Positions 22,975 to 36,500 of a stretch of DNA of 64,000 bases are shown here, in pieces. Position 1 is the stretch's first letter, and each line of letters opens with the position of its first letter. A model generated the notes under the pieces. That model ran no database searches. It had not been told where the DNA came from and was given only the letters and a program-made list of their open reading frames with translations. Where the stretch lies: positions 1,116,001 to 1,180,000 of the forward strand of contig NC_027217.1 of the NCBI RefSeq assembly GCF_000981445.1, in the 5' to 3' direction. Both the position numbers and the translations under genes were made by a program. Source of the stretch: Babesia bigemina (taxonomy: Eukaryota).

Positions 22975-25746
22975 ATGAATGCGTTAGGTTGCCTCACCAT
23001 ACCATTTCGACCAAGGTGGCAACTAGCCTATTTATGCCTCTTATATTTCATGTTTGCGCTCTCTGTAGGAGTGGCCGTATCATTTCACACAGTGAAATCA
23101 CTACGATATCGCGGATCAAGACCGTTCGGTATAATAGGTTTTCCTAGACACCAACCAGTGGTGCGTTCTGCGCATCACCGACGACTGTTCTCATTGAATT
23201 CCTTTCTAAGATCGCAGCACGCCTTCGTAAAGCATATGTCCGCGAATTTGGTACCATCTAAAGGATTCTCAAGGTATGCAAGTTTAAATATGATTTATAA
23301 TATGTAGCATCTGTCTGTTACGAAAGCATTGAGTGTAAATATGGCTGCAAACAAAAGTTTACAGTAAAGTGTAGTCATCCGCAAATCATGCCTTCGGTTA
23401 TCATATACTGCGTTGTTCACGTGTGGATTTCATATTGTTTAACAATATACGCCTTCATTATTGTCCAGCATAGGAGTGTCACCCCGGGAATTAGGTTCAT
23501 GTAACAGGACAGAGCAAACCAAACGAGACTCAACTACAATGCCGCCAATTGGTTACAATTATGCGCTGGTAAAGGCGTCATCGGATTCCGACAATATCAC
23601 CATCACCTTGAATTGGAACGGTAGGGAACTCAACTTGGATCGGAAAAAAAGTGAGACACTTAATGTGACCCTAGCTAGGCTGAAGCGTTCTCTACAAAAA
23701 AATTCCAACCCTTTATCAAAGCGGCAGACAAACGTTATAGATGTAGAATTATGTGATCAGCCCACTGGTAAATGCGAAATGTGGCGCAAACCTAAGAAAA
23801 CAACGGATATGTGTGATACCTCCATAATGGAATCTACCATCGAAAATTCAATGAGTGCATCACTTACAGCCATTACCACAGTGGTAGGAGATTACTCGAT
23901 ATCTTTTCTAACGAATATGTTCAAGCCTATTGAGGAGGATAAAACATTAGAAGAAGTCATACAAAACGCTTCTTTCATATCCGTCAATGATACGCTCATA
24001 CAGGTACATACGAATGTGTTTCGTGTACAGGAGGTTAGAGTGGGACCGAGAGCGATGGTAGGTTGTCCAGTGTCACTGCATGTAGAGTCGGACGGGCATT
24101 GGAGAAATGATGTCTATGTGGAATGGCTCGATGAAAAAGGATGTATCCTACACCATGGCCCAATTTATGTGCCAACTGAGGATATGGAAGGTCGCCATAT
24201 AAAGGCGAGGGTGTCACACAAACAATTAAGGTGGAATGTCGTCAACTCCAATTATTGTGAAGTATTTGACAGCCCAAAAAACCGATGGCAACAAGAGCGC
24301 ATAGTGGCTTTCAACAATGCTCCGGTGAAAAATTCTCTACTACATTTGCAAAGTAAACAAGGGGGTATTCGCGTTATGTCCTTTAATATACTATCTCCGA
24401 CATACGTCTCGAATGAAGAAGCGATCGATAGGTTCTTTCCTTACTGTTCTCCAGAGTGGTTGGATAGCAGTTTCCGCAATCCACTTATACTCAGAGAAAT
24501 ACTTTTGGTTAATCCGCAAGTTATTTGTCTTCAGGAATGCTCAACAAGCGCTTATCGCGAGTATATGGAACCTATTCTGAGTCAGAACTATCACGCGTGG
24601 TTAACCATAAAGAATCAAGCCTCCGACGAGGGTTGCTGTATGTTCTTGCAGAAGGGGGTATTTGACGTATTGGAGGTGCAAGGTATCTCCTTCAAAGAGG
24701 AAATTATAAAACCGGAATATCGAGGGGTGCTAACGAGGATAGGGGCGGCCAACTGGTTGAATTATGACCCAGATACGTATTTCAACAGATATCATACAAT
24801 ATTCCAAATGTGTTGTGTTAGGAACAAATTAGATGATGGTGGCGGTGTCCTGTTTCTAGCAAATACCCATCTATATTTTCATCCTCACGGCCGCCATATA
24901 CGTCTCCTGCAAGCATATGTATTGCTTAACGAACTGGAACGATTCAAGCGGCAATGCGGTAACAAACACAGCTTTGATGTTAACGTCGAATCGAGCACTA
25001 TAATTTGTGGAGATTTTAATTCCTTCAATACAGAGGGGACCTTCCAGATAATAACGAACGGGTGGGTTCCCTATGATCATGAGGATTTTGATTACGGCCT
25101 AAAATTTGGGTATGAAAGGTTCAATCCAAACGAGCACAATGCTAAGTTTCCTAGGGGGAGGAAAGAGGAGAATGCGAGCCGTAGGTCGGACTCGGAAGAA
25201 CGGTTGGAAGTTCCCAACTGTACAGGATACCAGGATTCATATGGAGGCGAAGAACTACCATTCACAAACTTTGTCAAAACGTTCAGTGGCACACTCGACT
25301 ACATTTTTCATTCCAAGAATCTACAGGTATGCGTTCTCCGTAAATGCGTTAAAGAAAATAATCTGCCTCCAGATTTTTATATAAATGATTCTCAGCATGT
25401 TTTGCATGAACTAACAAATGATTGTATCATGTCAGATAACAAATTGTCGTAAGGGGGTGCAAAAATCATTCGTTCTAGTCTTGCGCTTGCCGTAGTCTTA
25501 ATTCAGCTGTGAAGTCTGAATTTTAGGAGTTATATGGTAATACGTGACTAAACAACGTGCATAACATCTGATACGTGGCATCTTGTTCGATTTGCGTGGA
25601 ATAGATGTTTGTTCTCACACACCATCGTTCTGCAGGTCAAGCGTTGTATGCCCGGCATAAGCCAAGAAGACGCGGAAGAATTTGAAGGTCTACCATCCAA
25701 GTTATACCCTTCAGATCATATTTCAATAGCTGTCGACTTTTTTTAG
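22975..25746 (+). CDS. CCR4/PDE12-like exonuclease-endonuclease-phosphatase (deadenylase family) with N-terminal targeting leader
   Basis: Exons 22975-23273, 23469-25326 and 25636-25746 are in frame. EEP motifs RVMSFNIL, ICLQE, ANTHLYFHP, CGDFNS, FTNFVKTFSGTLDYIF and YPSDH. The N-terminal R.K.ETL..TLARL and MVGCPV segments resemble PDE12. Confidence 0.88.
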
Positions 25747-25971
25747 GTTTTGCCAGGTGTAATCTCTGTGTATCCAAATCTCTCCCATCTGCAAGTCGTA
25801 GAGACCCGCAGGTAGCTAACCGCACAAACTTGCTGCGTATTGCAATGCTGAAAATTGTGATCGGGTGCGTCATATTCCAGCACCACTTTTATTCAATGTT
25901 GATGGAAGCACACATTGGTCACCGTACTAACACATCCAGCAGACACATGACTCGCCGACGTCGTTATAATC

Positions 25972-28172
25972 ATGGACGATGACAACGGCAATTCTATACA
26001 AAATCATGAAGTACTGAAAGAAGGTACGTTGGACTTTTTAAAGCGATGTAAAGCCAGCGAACCAATCCTAATGGTACCCATCATGATGCTATTCCACGGT
26101 TGTTTTGTTTCTATGCCACATATATCGCTTGTCTACTCCTACATCGTGAGGATATGTAATATACACCTAAATAAGTCAATCTATATTTTAAGATTGGTGA
26201 TGCGAGATGAAATGTTCCAAATAAAGTTATCTAATTTTTTATTTCAGGTGCTGATTCAGAGGCCTTGAATGAATTTTTTAAAACGCTTGAAGAGTATGAA
26301 AAGGACTTCGAAGAAGATGGTAGCAAATTCATCAATAATTATGTCGTTAACGAGGTGCCCGAGGAAGACGGTAGCAACAATGGAGATGGATATACCCATC
26401 AAGACGTATTATCGCAACGTTCAGAATCCAGTACAAATCCAAATGGGCAAGACAATATCGCACAATCTCGGCCACCATATGATATACGTACAAACATAGA
26501 CTGCCAAAATGCAGTGGATATTTATAAAGTTGATGCAGAGGTTAACGAGTTGACTTTGATAGACATTGTAAATCTAAAAAAACGGCTGGGAATTGAGACC
26601 TTAGGGCTACGTGTGCCTAAACCTATTGGATCATTCTCACACCTCACGGCTTCAGTTGCAGCTCCACTTTTGAAAAGATTACATAAATTGGGTTACAGTG
26701 AACCTACGCCAATGCAGTGCCAGGCGATGCCGATTCTGCTACAGGGTCGCAGTGCAATATTGATGGGAGAAAGTGGCTGCGGCAAGTCACTTGCATACGT
26801 TTTGCCCCTTATTTGTCACATGTTGCGCTTGATTCGGGATACCCAGGCAGTCGCTCCTATGCGGTCTGCTTTTTGCATTATCATGGCTCTCACTCGTGAA
26901 GTTAGCAACAACATATTTACGATGCTTTCCAAATTGATGAAGTCGGTAGTTTTAAGAATTGCGATGATAAGCTCGGGATATGACAACTACAGTCAAATTG
27001 TTTCCGGGACGGAATTCCTCGTGGTGACACCTGCAAAGTTCGGTGATCTAATGAATCAACATTGTTTGACGCTTGGTGCAACTAAGTATGTAGTGGTGGA
27101 AGGATTCGAAAAATTGTATCACAAACATCCTAATGAGGTAGAAACACTGTTGAGTCACAGATGTGCCATTAAAGTAGTACTGTCGAATGTTATTCTTGGA
27201 GTCAAAACGCTGGCCGCTTTACGGCTATACATAAAAGGCGCCATTACTGTCAAATACATTATCAAACACGCATTGTCAGGGGCCAATCTAAAATGGATTG
27301 CATGCCTAAAGGAGCCAAGCCATGTACAGAAGGCAACTTTCATTGGCGATCTACTATCGCATTTCCATCAGCCTTTTCGGATGGTGGTGTTCGCTAACGA
27401 ATCAACCAGTGTCGAAAATATCTGCAGTTATATCCAAAATGTAACTGGTAATGTCGGATTCGTGCACGAAGCGGTGGAAAAAGATATCACTGCAGAAACA
27501 TTGCGACGATTCAGCGAGGGCAAATTGCATGTTTTAGTTACGACAGACACGATGTTGAGATATGTTAATCTACCGAAGGTTGATTACGTTGTTATATATG
27601 ACATGCCTCGAACATTAAACAAATTTTGCTGGAATGTTGGCGTCGCTAGTGCATCTGAAAAGTCAGTTGTGTACAGCTTGATAACAAAACATGACCACAT
27701 CATATGTGCACACATCTGTAATCAGCTGTTTGATGAAGGTTTAGAATTACCCCGCGTTTTGGATCAAGTAGCGCTAAAGTGGAAACCTTACCGATATTCT
27801 CGATGCCACAGAAGGGAATCTGGGGACCAAGAAAGAAAACACAAGGAAGTAGAGGTTATGATACGTGACCCGGCGCAAGTCGGTCACGCACAAGAACGTG
27901 ATGCACAGGGCTGTGTAACTTCAGCCGTATACGGCGATGTAACGAAATATGCTGAGGCACCCGGTATACAACGATGTTTTGAAACGCCGGCATCGTCAGG
28001 CGAAACACAGAATTACAGCGGCCGTTGCTACAATGCAACAGATGAATTGCCGTCGGATGACGATGCTGAGATGCCACCTAAACGTCAGCTGAAAAATGCA
28101 TCCGGCTTAATTAACTTGGAAAAACTGAAGCAGCGACGCCTGAGGATGATGGAGGAACAAAATCAAATGTAG
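25972..28172 (+). CDS. DEAD-box helicase-like protein (DDX42-like) with degenerate catalytic motifs
   Basis: Exon 25972-26023 plus 26248-28172. Q motif GYSEPTPMQCQAMP and Walker A GESGCGKS are retained; motif II reads EGFE and motif VI reads WNVGVASA. Confidence 0.8.
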
Positions 28173-29014
28173 CACTTGTTAACATTGTAATTTTAGACTA
28201 ATTTTGTCGGTCTTTCGTTGGTAAAGTAGTAGAACTGCAATAGCTGCAGCACTTAGTGCCTTTAATTCGTGCACATTTATCTGTAGGAGTGAGAACCTTG
28301 CCCTAGTCGACTACGGCTGTCAAATGCACGTAACGGCGTGTACAATGTATTGTATGGTTTGCATTCTTTCGTATTGTGCGTTCTTTGGGTTGTGGAGTTT
28401 CTCCTACGTAAATCCTCTTATATATGGCGTGAATGTTGCACATCTCAACTACCTGGTATGACACTTCGTAAATCACGTTAATTGTATTGTCAAAAGGCGA
28501 CACGAGTATACGTCATGATATTTAGGTGATAATGTTGTATTTCGTGAACTTGTATTAAAAAATGTATGATATCTTCCGTCTCGGCGAAACGTCCGATATA
28601 AATTTATAATGGATACACATCAGTCATATAACTACCTACACTTAATCTAATGTGAAGTATAACTCGGCGTGACACATCAATTATTAGGCCGAGTGATGAA
28701 AACTGGAAGCCTCAGAGTAGGTACAATGTCTAGTGTTTCACCAATGATATCAGGCAATTTTTGTATAAGCAATATCTAATATTGTAAGCACTTTTTCTAC
28801 TTCTATGCTTAGGCAGTGCTCCTTTTAAGGTCTATTGCGGTCCCATCTCTTCGCGGTAGTAAAAGTATACATACGCCAACCCTTTTGACAAAACAGGACC
28901 CTTAATACGGAAATGCAAATACAGCACAGATATGAAGGTGGTGGTTGATATCGTATCGTATTGTTTTCACCATCTATGCCTATACGTAGCTGGTATATAT
29001 CTAGGATACAGAAG

Positions 29015-31386
29015 ATGACCAAATTTTGGCTGAGCCTTGCAGACTTCGTCTGTATGGAGATACAAGGATTCCCATTTACGTATAAAGATTATACTACCGT
29101 ATCGGAAGATGAAGGAATTGATACAACCGTCGCAGCCGATAAAACAGTTAACCGGCCATCTCCTAATACCGATACGTTTGAGGAAACAATCGTGGATCCT
29201 TTACACTCAATACCACAGGTACGCCAGAGACTTTAATTTGTATAGCTTTATTTTGGTACAGAACTCTTTGAGACAGATGTTGAAGTTGCCGAAATATGTT
29301 GAACAAATTATGTGGTATTCTTTCAGCGTCTGCGTGGATGCGTTATTATTCGAACTGACTTTGATGCCCGTGCAGGTATGTTAATATGATTCCACCGTGA
29401 TGTCGTTCTCAGGCTGTTGGCACGATTATGTATGTCAGTCAAAGGTGGATGATGTGGCTAACAACCTTTTACAAAAAGGACCTCACAGACTTATCTGTAT
29501 CTGAATCCGGTGATACGGCGCCGTTAGATAAAAAATTTATGGGTAGTTGTGATTGCACTGGTGGTTATGGCGATCCAACTGCCAGTTGTAGATATCGCCC
29601 AAAAAGATGGAATACAAAAGGTGGGTTTGGCGATTTATGTCGCATGCAATGCGCTGATATTACAGACTCAATCGTTAACGATAACATGGAAACCGATATA
29701 TTAAGATGTGTTGATGGGACAGAAAAGCAGGCATCTGACCAAAAAAGTCAAACTGAGGCCGACGTGTTACCCGAAAATAATTATCTCCGTAATGCTTATG
29801 AAATATTATACGGATGTTTTAAAAATTGCAAGAGAGGTGCATCATCGTTGTTTAAAGTTAAAAAGGTCACTACTATGGATGATACAAATCTGCTGAGTAA
29901 CAAGGATGTATTGCTTATTAATCCAAACGAAGCGTGTGGTGCGGCGCGATTCATGGCTCTTGTGATGGCTGTTATTATTCTTTCGCGTATAGATACTTCT
30001 CGAGTATATCACAATATACGAGGGCAACCCTTTTTTAAACTCTATGTAATATTCAACATGCTGGAAATATGCGAACGACTATGCAGGTCATTCGGCAGGG
30101 ATTGCACCGACAACCTTATGCGAGCCGCTATCAAATTGTACAAAACAAGTACAAATTTTGATTCGCGTATAACGGCCATTTTGAATGTAGAGCAGCTACA
30201 AAAGAAGACTGATGATCTTAAACAAAACACGAATGGTCAAAGTTTTGCAAGCGCAGTTATCACAAACGCATCTACCCGTTTTGGAAGCCAGATGGGCATA
30301 TCATATAACGATGAAACTGAACAACCAACGCATAACTCCGTAGTTTCATGTGAACTGCGTACACATGAGTCGAAAATGGAAGCACACGGCACCGTGCCAC
30401 CATCGTCTCCCATACATTTCGGCAGGGTTGCACAGACACGCGAATTAATAGAACCCGTTGCTTGCAAAACTACCGGTGTTATATCATCACCGCATCCGGA
30501 TGCAAAGTTAACTAAGAATTGGCACCATTATCCAAATGAGCTCTTGGAACCGTCCATGGATACCTTACCGGATTCAGTAACTCATGACGCATCCAAAGAT
30601 CGACAACAATGGAGAAGTCTTCTCATGGAATTTTCTATGTGCTATCTGTTAGTGATTGTGTACATAATGTTTCACACTTTCATGCACCTAGTAAGGATGC
30701 TTAGCCTTAATATCGCAATAAATTCCTCGGATTCGGCGATGTTCCTTCTTATGGTCACCAATAATTTCGCAGAAATCAAGTCTACAGTGTTCAAAAAATA
30801 CAATGAAGTGTCTCTCTTTACCATAGTGGCGACCGATTCAGTAGAACGTTTTCACCTCTGTTTTGATGCGATGATGGTTTTCTTCAAAATGTCAACTGTG
30901 CGGAGCCCGGTGAATTCATATTTCACGGTGTCACGTTGGCTGACTAAGATGTTCGTCTTAGAAGTTTTGATCGATTATTTTAAGCACGGTTTCTTGTTAA
31001 AATTTAACAGAATTAACGGGCAAATATTCAAGAGGTACACTGAAGTTTTGATGGGTGATGTTGTCTTGTCACGTTGCTGGCGCATCAAACAACAATTGGT
31101 CAATTTCAACTTCCGAGTTACATGCAAGGGAACGTATTCCTTCTCGCATATACCATCACGGAGGCTAGGTTTCATGCCATCACCAATAGTAACCCTCATT
31201 GTTTGCAACATCCCATATATAAGAAACATGCTCACGTTCTGGCGTTTCTTAGGGGCTGTTTTTATTTGGTTGACACTATTCTTTGCGAAAATCGTGTCCT
31301 CCATCTTGCTAGTGGCACACGGTATAAGAAAACGTAAAAATCTTTTACGCCTCAAGTCGCCAATGGACAAGATCGGGGCTCTGTAG
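29015..31386 (+). CDS. TAPT1/Emp65 (DUF747) family multi-pass membrane protein
   Basis: YHNIRGQPFFKLYVIFNMLEICERLCRSFGRD, LNIAINS..LLMVTNNFAEIKSTVFKK, DSVERF, DYFKHGFLLKFN and RRLGFMPSP. Upstream exons at ~29015-29218 and ~29262-29375; start codon uncertain. Confidence 0.88.
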
Positions 31387-31698
31387 TTGTTATTGGTGCG
31401 ATGACTTTACTATCAATGACTATCAGCGGACGGATCACGGTCGCACTAGATCTGTACGAGTTCTAACAGATGAGAAGCGGTGGAGTAAAATGTAGGTTGT
31501 GTTTATAGAATTATTTATATGGTTTGTTTACAGCAGTGACTGAAGCATGTTAACCTGTTGTCTTGCATTCTTAATTTTTCGCCCACATATTCTGTCTCAA
31601 ATCTTGAAATCCTACAGTTGTTCGTGAGGGCCGAAACGTAATCTACTTCACCACAAGGGTTATGCCATACGTGAGGCCAGGTGCGTACTTCCGCACAA

Positions 31699-33544
31699 TC
31701 AGAGCGTGAACTTTTGACAATTCCCGGTGATAGCATCATACGTTATAAATGATCGAGAACTGGAGAAGGATTCAAGATTACAAAACACTGTCGAATTGTA
31801 CGTCTCGACGAATGACGGGCAAGAAATATCACATACACAGATAAGGTCTGGCACTGGGTACAGGAGTAGTGCAGCGTCATACTTTAGAATCGTGCTACAA
31901 CCTGGTTTGCTGGGGCAAAGATGTCCTTGGCCCAGAATTGTGGTAACTAGCATCCTCTTGAGATCCGACGGGGATGTTGTATTTTGGACTGAACCACTAG
32001 TCAATAGAGACGTCCCCAGTAATTTGTTTAACAAATCGCTCCTACAAAATAACATCCGCTTGGTGAGATGCCGTATCCTGCATGGGTTTGTTGCATAAAC
32101 CAGTTTTGCGTTATCTCCTAGGTGGCTTTTCATGCGATCTATGAAATGTGACGTAAACTCACACAGTAGGGGCGGTGTTGGCATCAGCGAACTGCAAGCC
32201 GTCGCATCACCCGGTCCGGGCAGAAAAACGAAATATGATGTCATTAACAATATCCTGAATTTTGATTTCAACAGCAACGTTTGTAGACGTTCGAAACCCT
32301 GATTATATCTCTCCGGGATGCTGCCGGCTACGTTGAATGCGCTGGACATGAAATTTCCCATGAGAATAAATCCTGTGGGAAACCCTTGAATCTGGTACAT
32401 ATCCAGAAATACTGCTTACTTTCAGATAAAGACATTGGAAACTAACTGTCTAAGAGAATTTCGAGCGAATCTAGGGTGCCTTTGACGTCCAGATGTAAGT
32501 CTGCCATAACCACCCAGCGTTCAGATCCCCCCCCTTCCTTTAAAATGGTCATTCGTGATTCGAAAGCAGATTGCTCTTTCAGAGATACATTGCCTCCGAA
32601 GAAATCTGGTATTTCTGTTTCTACTGCAAAAGGGGGGTGCTTTATTTCAGTGCATCTGATTGCTTCCTGAATGCCATTAGACTCAGAAAACGTTCCTCAC
32701 CTTATAAGGATCCATTATTCCGTGGACAATGACAGTGCAGCTATGGCAGTATATACCATGTTCTATTGACGTGTCAGGCGTTATCACCAGGCGTAGTTGA
32801 CTCAATGTACCCTTAATAGAGATATCACCTTTCCTGTCGACACCCAGTATGCCAATGACAACCTGCTCCTTATTAGAGACTCGTGAAGCCGAGTCAACCG
32901 ATTTCATGTGCAGTGAAGTTGTTCGAGTTTTCTGTGCATGTACAATGTTTCGGGTGGATTGTGAAATACTTACCTCTAAAACTAACTGGTGGCGAATCTC
33001 CGGAACCTGCAGATTGCTTGCAGAACTAAATTCTCTGAGAAACTTCTGCAATCACAAAGTTTGAAATGAATGTTAAGAGCGAACCTTTTTGTTCCGGCAG
33101 AACACAATCCTTGGCATATCCCGCAGTACATTGTAAATGAACACATCCCGAATAGGCGTGCCAGTGGAGGCTTCAAGTCTGGCTCTCTCCCGATATAAAG
33201 GCCAAGCGTCTAAATCTTCAAGCAGGTTGCCATTATAATCAGCTCTCTGGAGTTGAGAGACCGTGAAATTCCAAAGATAACCATCAACATTGAGTCCCTC
33301 ATCCAATTGAACTGATTAACATCATGGCGCTTTCAAATAACATACCAGAACGAATACTATTAGTTGTCAACACCTTGAGTAATTTGGTAAGGTCATCTGA
33401 CTGGGGAGGCTTCATTACGCCACAGCGGCGAAGGCTAGACAAAAGGCGATACACACCATCACGGCTGTCGACCTTGAGCCGATCCTCAGACTTCTTCCCA
33501 TGCTCTGCCGACGGTTGCGTATCACCATTGTAAAATGTGTACAT
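31699..33544 (-). CDS. POLE2: DNA polymerase epsilon subunit B (Dpb2)
   Basis: Phosphoesterase-like motifs WVVMADLHLD, FILMGNF, FVFLPGPGD, ATNPCRI, TILGQGHLCP and LLLYPVPDLICVCD. Several short introns, e.g. 33345-33312 (34 bp), link the ORF pieces. Confidence 0.9.
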
Positions 33545-33559
33545 TATATAACGGTAAGA

Positions 33560-36500
33560 TTACTGTTTTATGAGTTCCGAAGCCGCGATCACCAGGTCGG
33601 ATACGTCCTGATGGTGCTTCTGTGCAGTCAGTTCCAATGACCTTAAGTCATTTCGCAAAAGCGGAAGCTCTTGACGCAAACATCGAGTACGTTGGAATGC
33701 AGACATCAGGCAGTGGAAGCTCACCTCAAAGACAGCAAGCAGCGCCGGGCCACATGTCGAACCCAGTTTACAGAAATTGAAACACAAACCTTCAATGAGA
33801 TCCAGGAATTGCGGAAAACGATTGCCCTGTACAACTGTAGGTTGGTATAGCTGTGTAGATATGGGGTGCAGCATTTTCAAGCTGCACAAACGTGCTAGGG
33901 TCTGTAAGTGATGTTCACATTGCCGCTGAATTAGTCTTTTGGAAGCAGGTACAAGTGCTAGCTCCTTCATTGCCAAAAAGCTATCAAAATCAAAACTGAA
34001 GAATTTGCTTGAATCACGGTACACGTCAGTTGACAATTTACGGTGTACCTCATCGCTGCCATCACAGCGCTCGGTTAGCATGCCGTGATAGTACTGCAAT
34101 ATATTATCCTGGCAATTGGTGAGGTAATTACCAAGGTATAACATATTGCTCATCTGTAGTAAGGTCTTATCTATGTCGCCAACATTCCCCAACTTCTTAA
34201 GAACCTCCACAGCCAATCCTGACTCACTCCGAAGTGACGAGAAAGCCTGATCAATAGTTTCTGCAACCTTTGCACCGGCCACCGTAATAAAGTAGTGATT
34301 CAATACATTTTCCAGTGAACTCGTAAGGGGGACTAGCAAGTTCTCCAAGGGCACGCGCAGACTAAGAGTGGCATTAAGAGTGGCGTTAAGCACCGTAGCC
34401 ATATCCACAACAGCACACGTATGGTACTGTGACCCAAGCCGTGTCCAATCTTCGTTTTTCATCCCACGTGTCACGATATCCTTGAATGTGCTAAGGCGCT
34501 TATTGAGCTCGCTCATGCCTATAATTTCCATTATATCGCAATGCTCGGCCAAAAGGTCTCGCCCTACAGCACCGGTGTCTTGGAAAGAAAATTGGAGCAC
34601 TTTTAACAAATCATTTTGTTGTGTGTTTCCGTTTGTTTTCACAAGCCTTGAGGTTTCAACTTCACGTTGAAGGAGGCGCAGCTTCTGCGCCGATGGCATC
34701 ACTTTACAAACATCCAAGGGCCTATTTGTTCGCTTGTTTATCTCGACCTTTATGAAATGAATACAAGCATTGGTAAACAAGGTTGCAAAGTCCCCATTTG
34801 GCAAAAATTCATCCCAAACGGCAGCGAACATCAAATGCTCCTTTATTGAGGTGACAATATTGTCGATACATGTCGCACCAAGTGTGTCAATATCATCTAT
34901 CTTAAAGGCGTCCAGTCCTGTTAAAGATGTGATAACTGCATTTTTAGCCTGCTCCACTACAACGCGGCGAAGAATAAAATCCATACTAAGACCACTTTCA
35001 TTCACCTCAAGCAAAGATTGTGAATCCAAGGGGCCCTCCTCACCTTTTACGTTCATTTCAAGCTCATTCCGGAATAACAGCCTATTTATTAGCACAAAGG
35101 TTGATAGCTTATATGACAGCGCATTTACTCCTTCTTCCGGATTGAAGTGCATTAGTTGTTCCAGAACTGTTCGTCTAAAATTTTTAGTAAGCACTCGCAA
35201 AACCAAAACGTTGGTCACCAATTGCTCGCATGGAGAGCTGTTGATTAGAGACATCGAATCGCTACGTCTTAGGGCGGTCATCATAGGTATGTTGTAGCAA
35301 ATAGAATCCAAAACGAGACGATATACCTTGTAACCTGCGCGATTTAACTGCATTCCAGCTATTTGCACCTTCGTAGCCGACAAGCGGTCGTTCAAATTCT
35401 CCCTTGAGAGTAAATCAGAATGCTGAAGAGACGAGTATGTTGGTACACCATTTACGTTGTGCATTTTTTTGAAACACGATGCAGCCTCTCTCATGTCTAT
35501 AGTCAAGTAGAGATCGATGTCACCAAGTACCTTCGGTAATACGGCAACATTATGCGGAACCTGCAATAATGTAAATATATCCTGGTATAAATCGCGTTCA
35601 ATGGACCCCCCGTTATCTACGCGGACAGCACCGGATGTTCCTCGTGCAAAGCAAGTGTTTGCAGAGGGATAATAGGGGGCCTCATTACGCCTAGTATGCA
35701 TAGAACCAACGCTCAACAATGCATTAAACAGGGTGCAGATGTCTGTGTATCCCTCGTTATGCGGCTCTTTGAACAATAAGAAGTTCAGCAAAGATCCTGT
35801 GGATATAAAATATACCACATACTCAATAGTTGTGAAATTTGTGGACCAATCACTAAAAGCAAGATTGTCTGCAAAACAGTGATGATAACATGACGCTATC
35901 CGAAGTACAATCCAATCATCTAGTTTCCAAGTGCGAGACAGTTTTACAGTTTCCATTGGACATAAAAAGTATGGATTGATTACGGCATCATTCATGTCGA
36001 CGTGCCGGCTATTGCGTCTAGAAATACACATATTAAAACAACCTCTTCTACCACTAACCCGCTTCAAAACTGAAATGTCCTCATCATTGAAAACGGACAT
36101 GGGGGTGCAGAAATACTCATCCGCTTCTGAAATTGGAATCTTGAGCTCTTTTGGTGTATCACGACGTCCACATGAAAACCTAAGTGAGTTACGTCTTTCT
36201 GCTAACGTGGATTCCAAACATCTCTTACAAATCGCCTGCTTTTGTGGCGCATTAACGGATTTCAACGCACATGTAGAGCAGCTTTTGTTGAGAGTTGAAG
36301 CAAACTGTGAGTTCTCAGACATTCGTAACAAGCCCATTAAAGTATTATCAAGATCTTCCAGCTGCACAGTTCGCTTAATCAACTGTATCAGCTTAGCATA
36401 CGTGCTAGTGCAATCGGAGTCACGAACTGTTTTCCTTCCCCACTTGCCTTGCAGCAAAACACGTCGCAAACTATTTAGTGTTCCTATACATTCACACAAT

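Noticed and set aside
25327..25452. C-terminal tail of the 663-aa ORF (VCVLRKCVKENN..)
   Set aside because: Read-through into a 309-bp intron; the real final exon with the PSDH motif is 25636-25746.
33299..33306. Apparent frameshift or overlap between POLE2 ORF pieces (also K+ channel 44379-44382)
   Set aside because: Explained by short canonical GT-AG introns that restore the frame; no programmed frameshift or pseudogene is needed.
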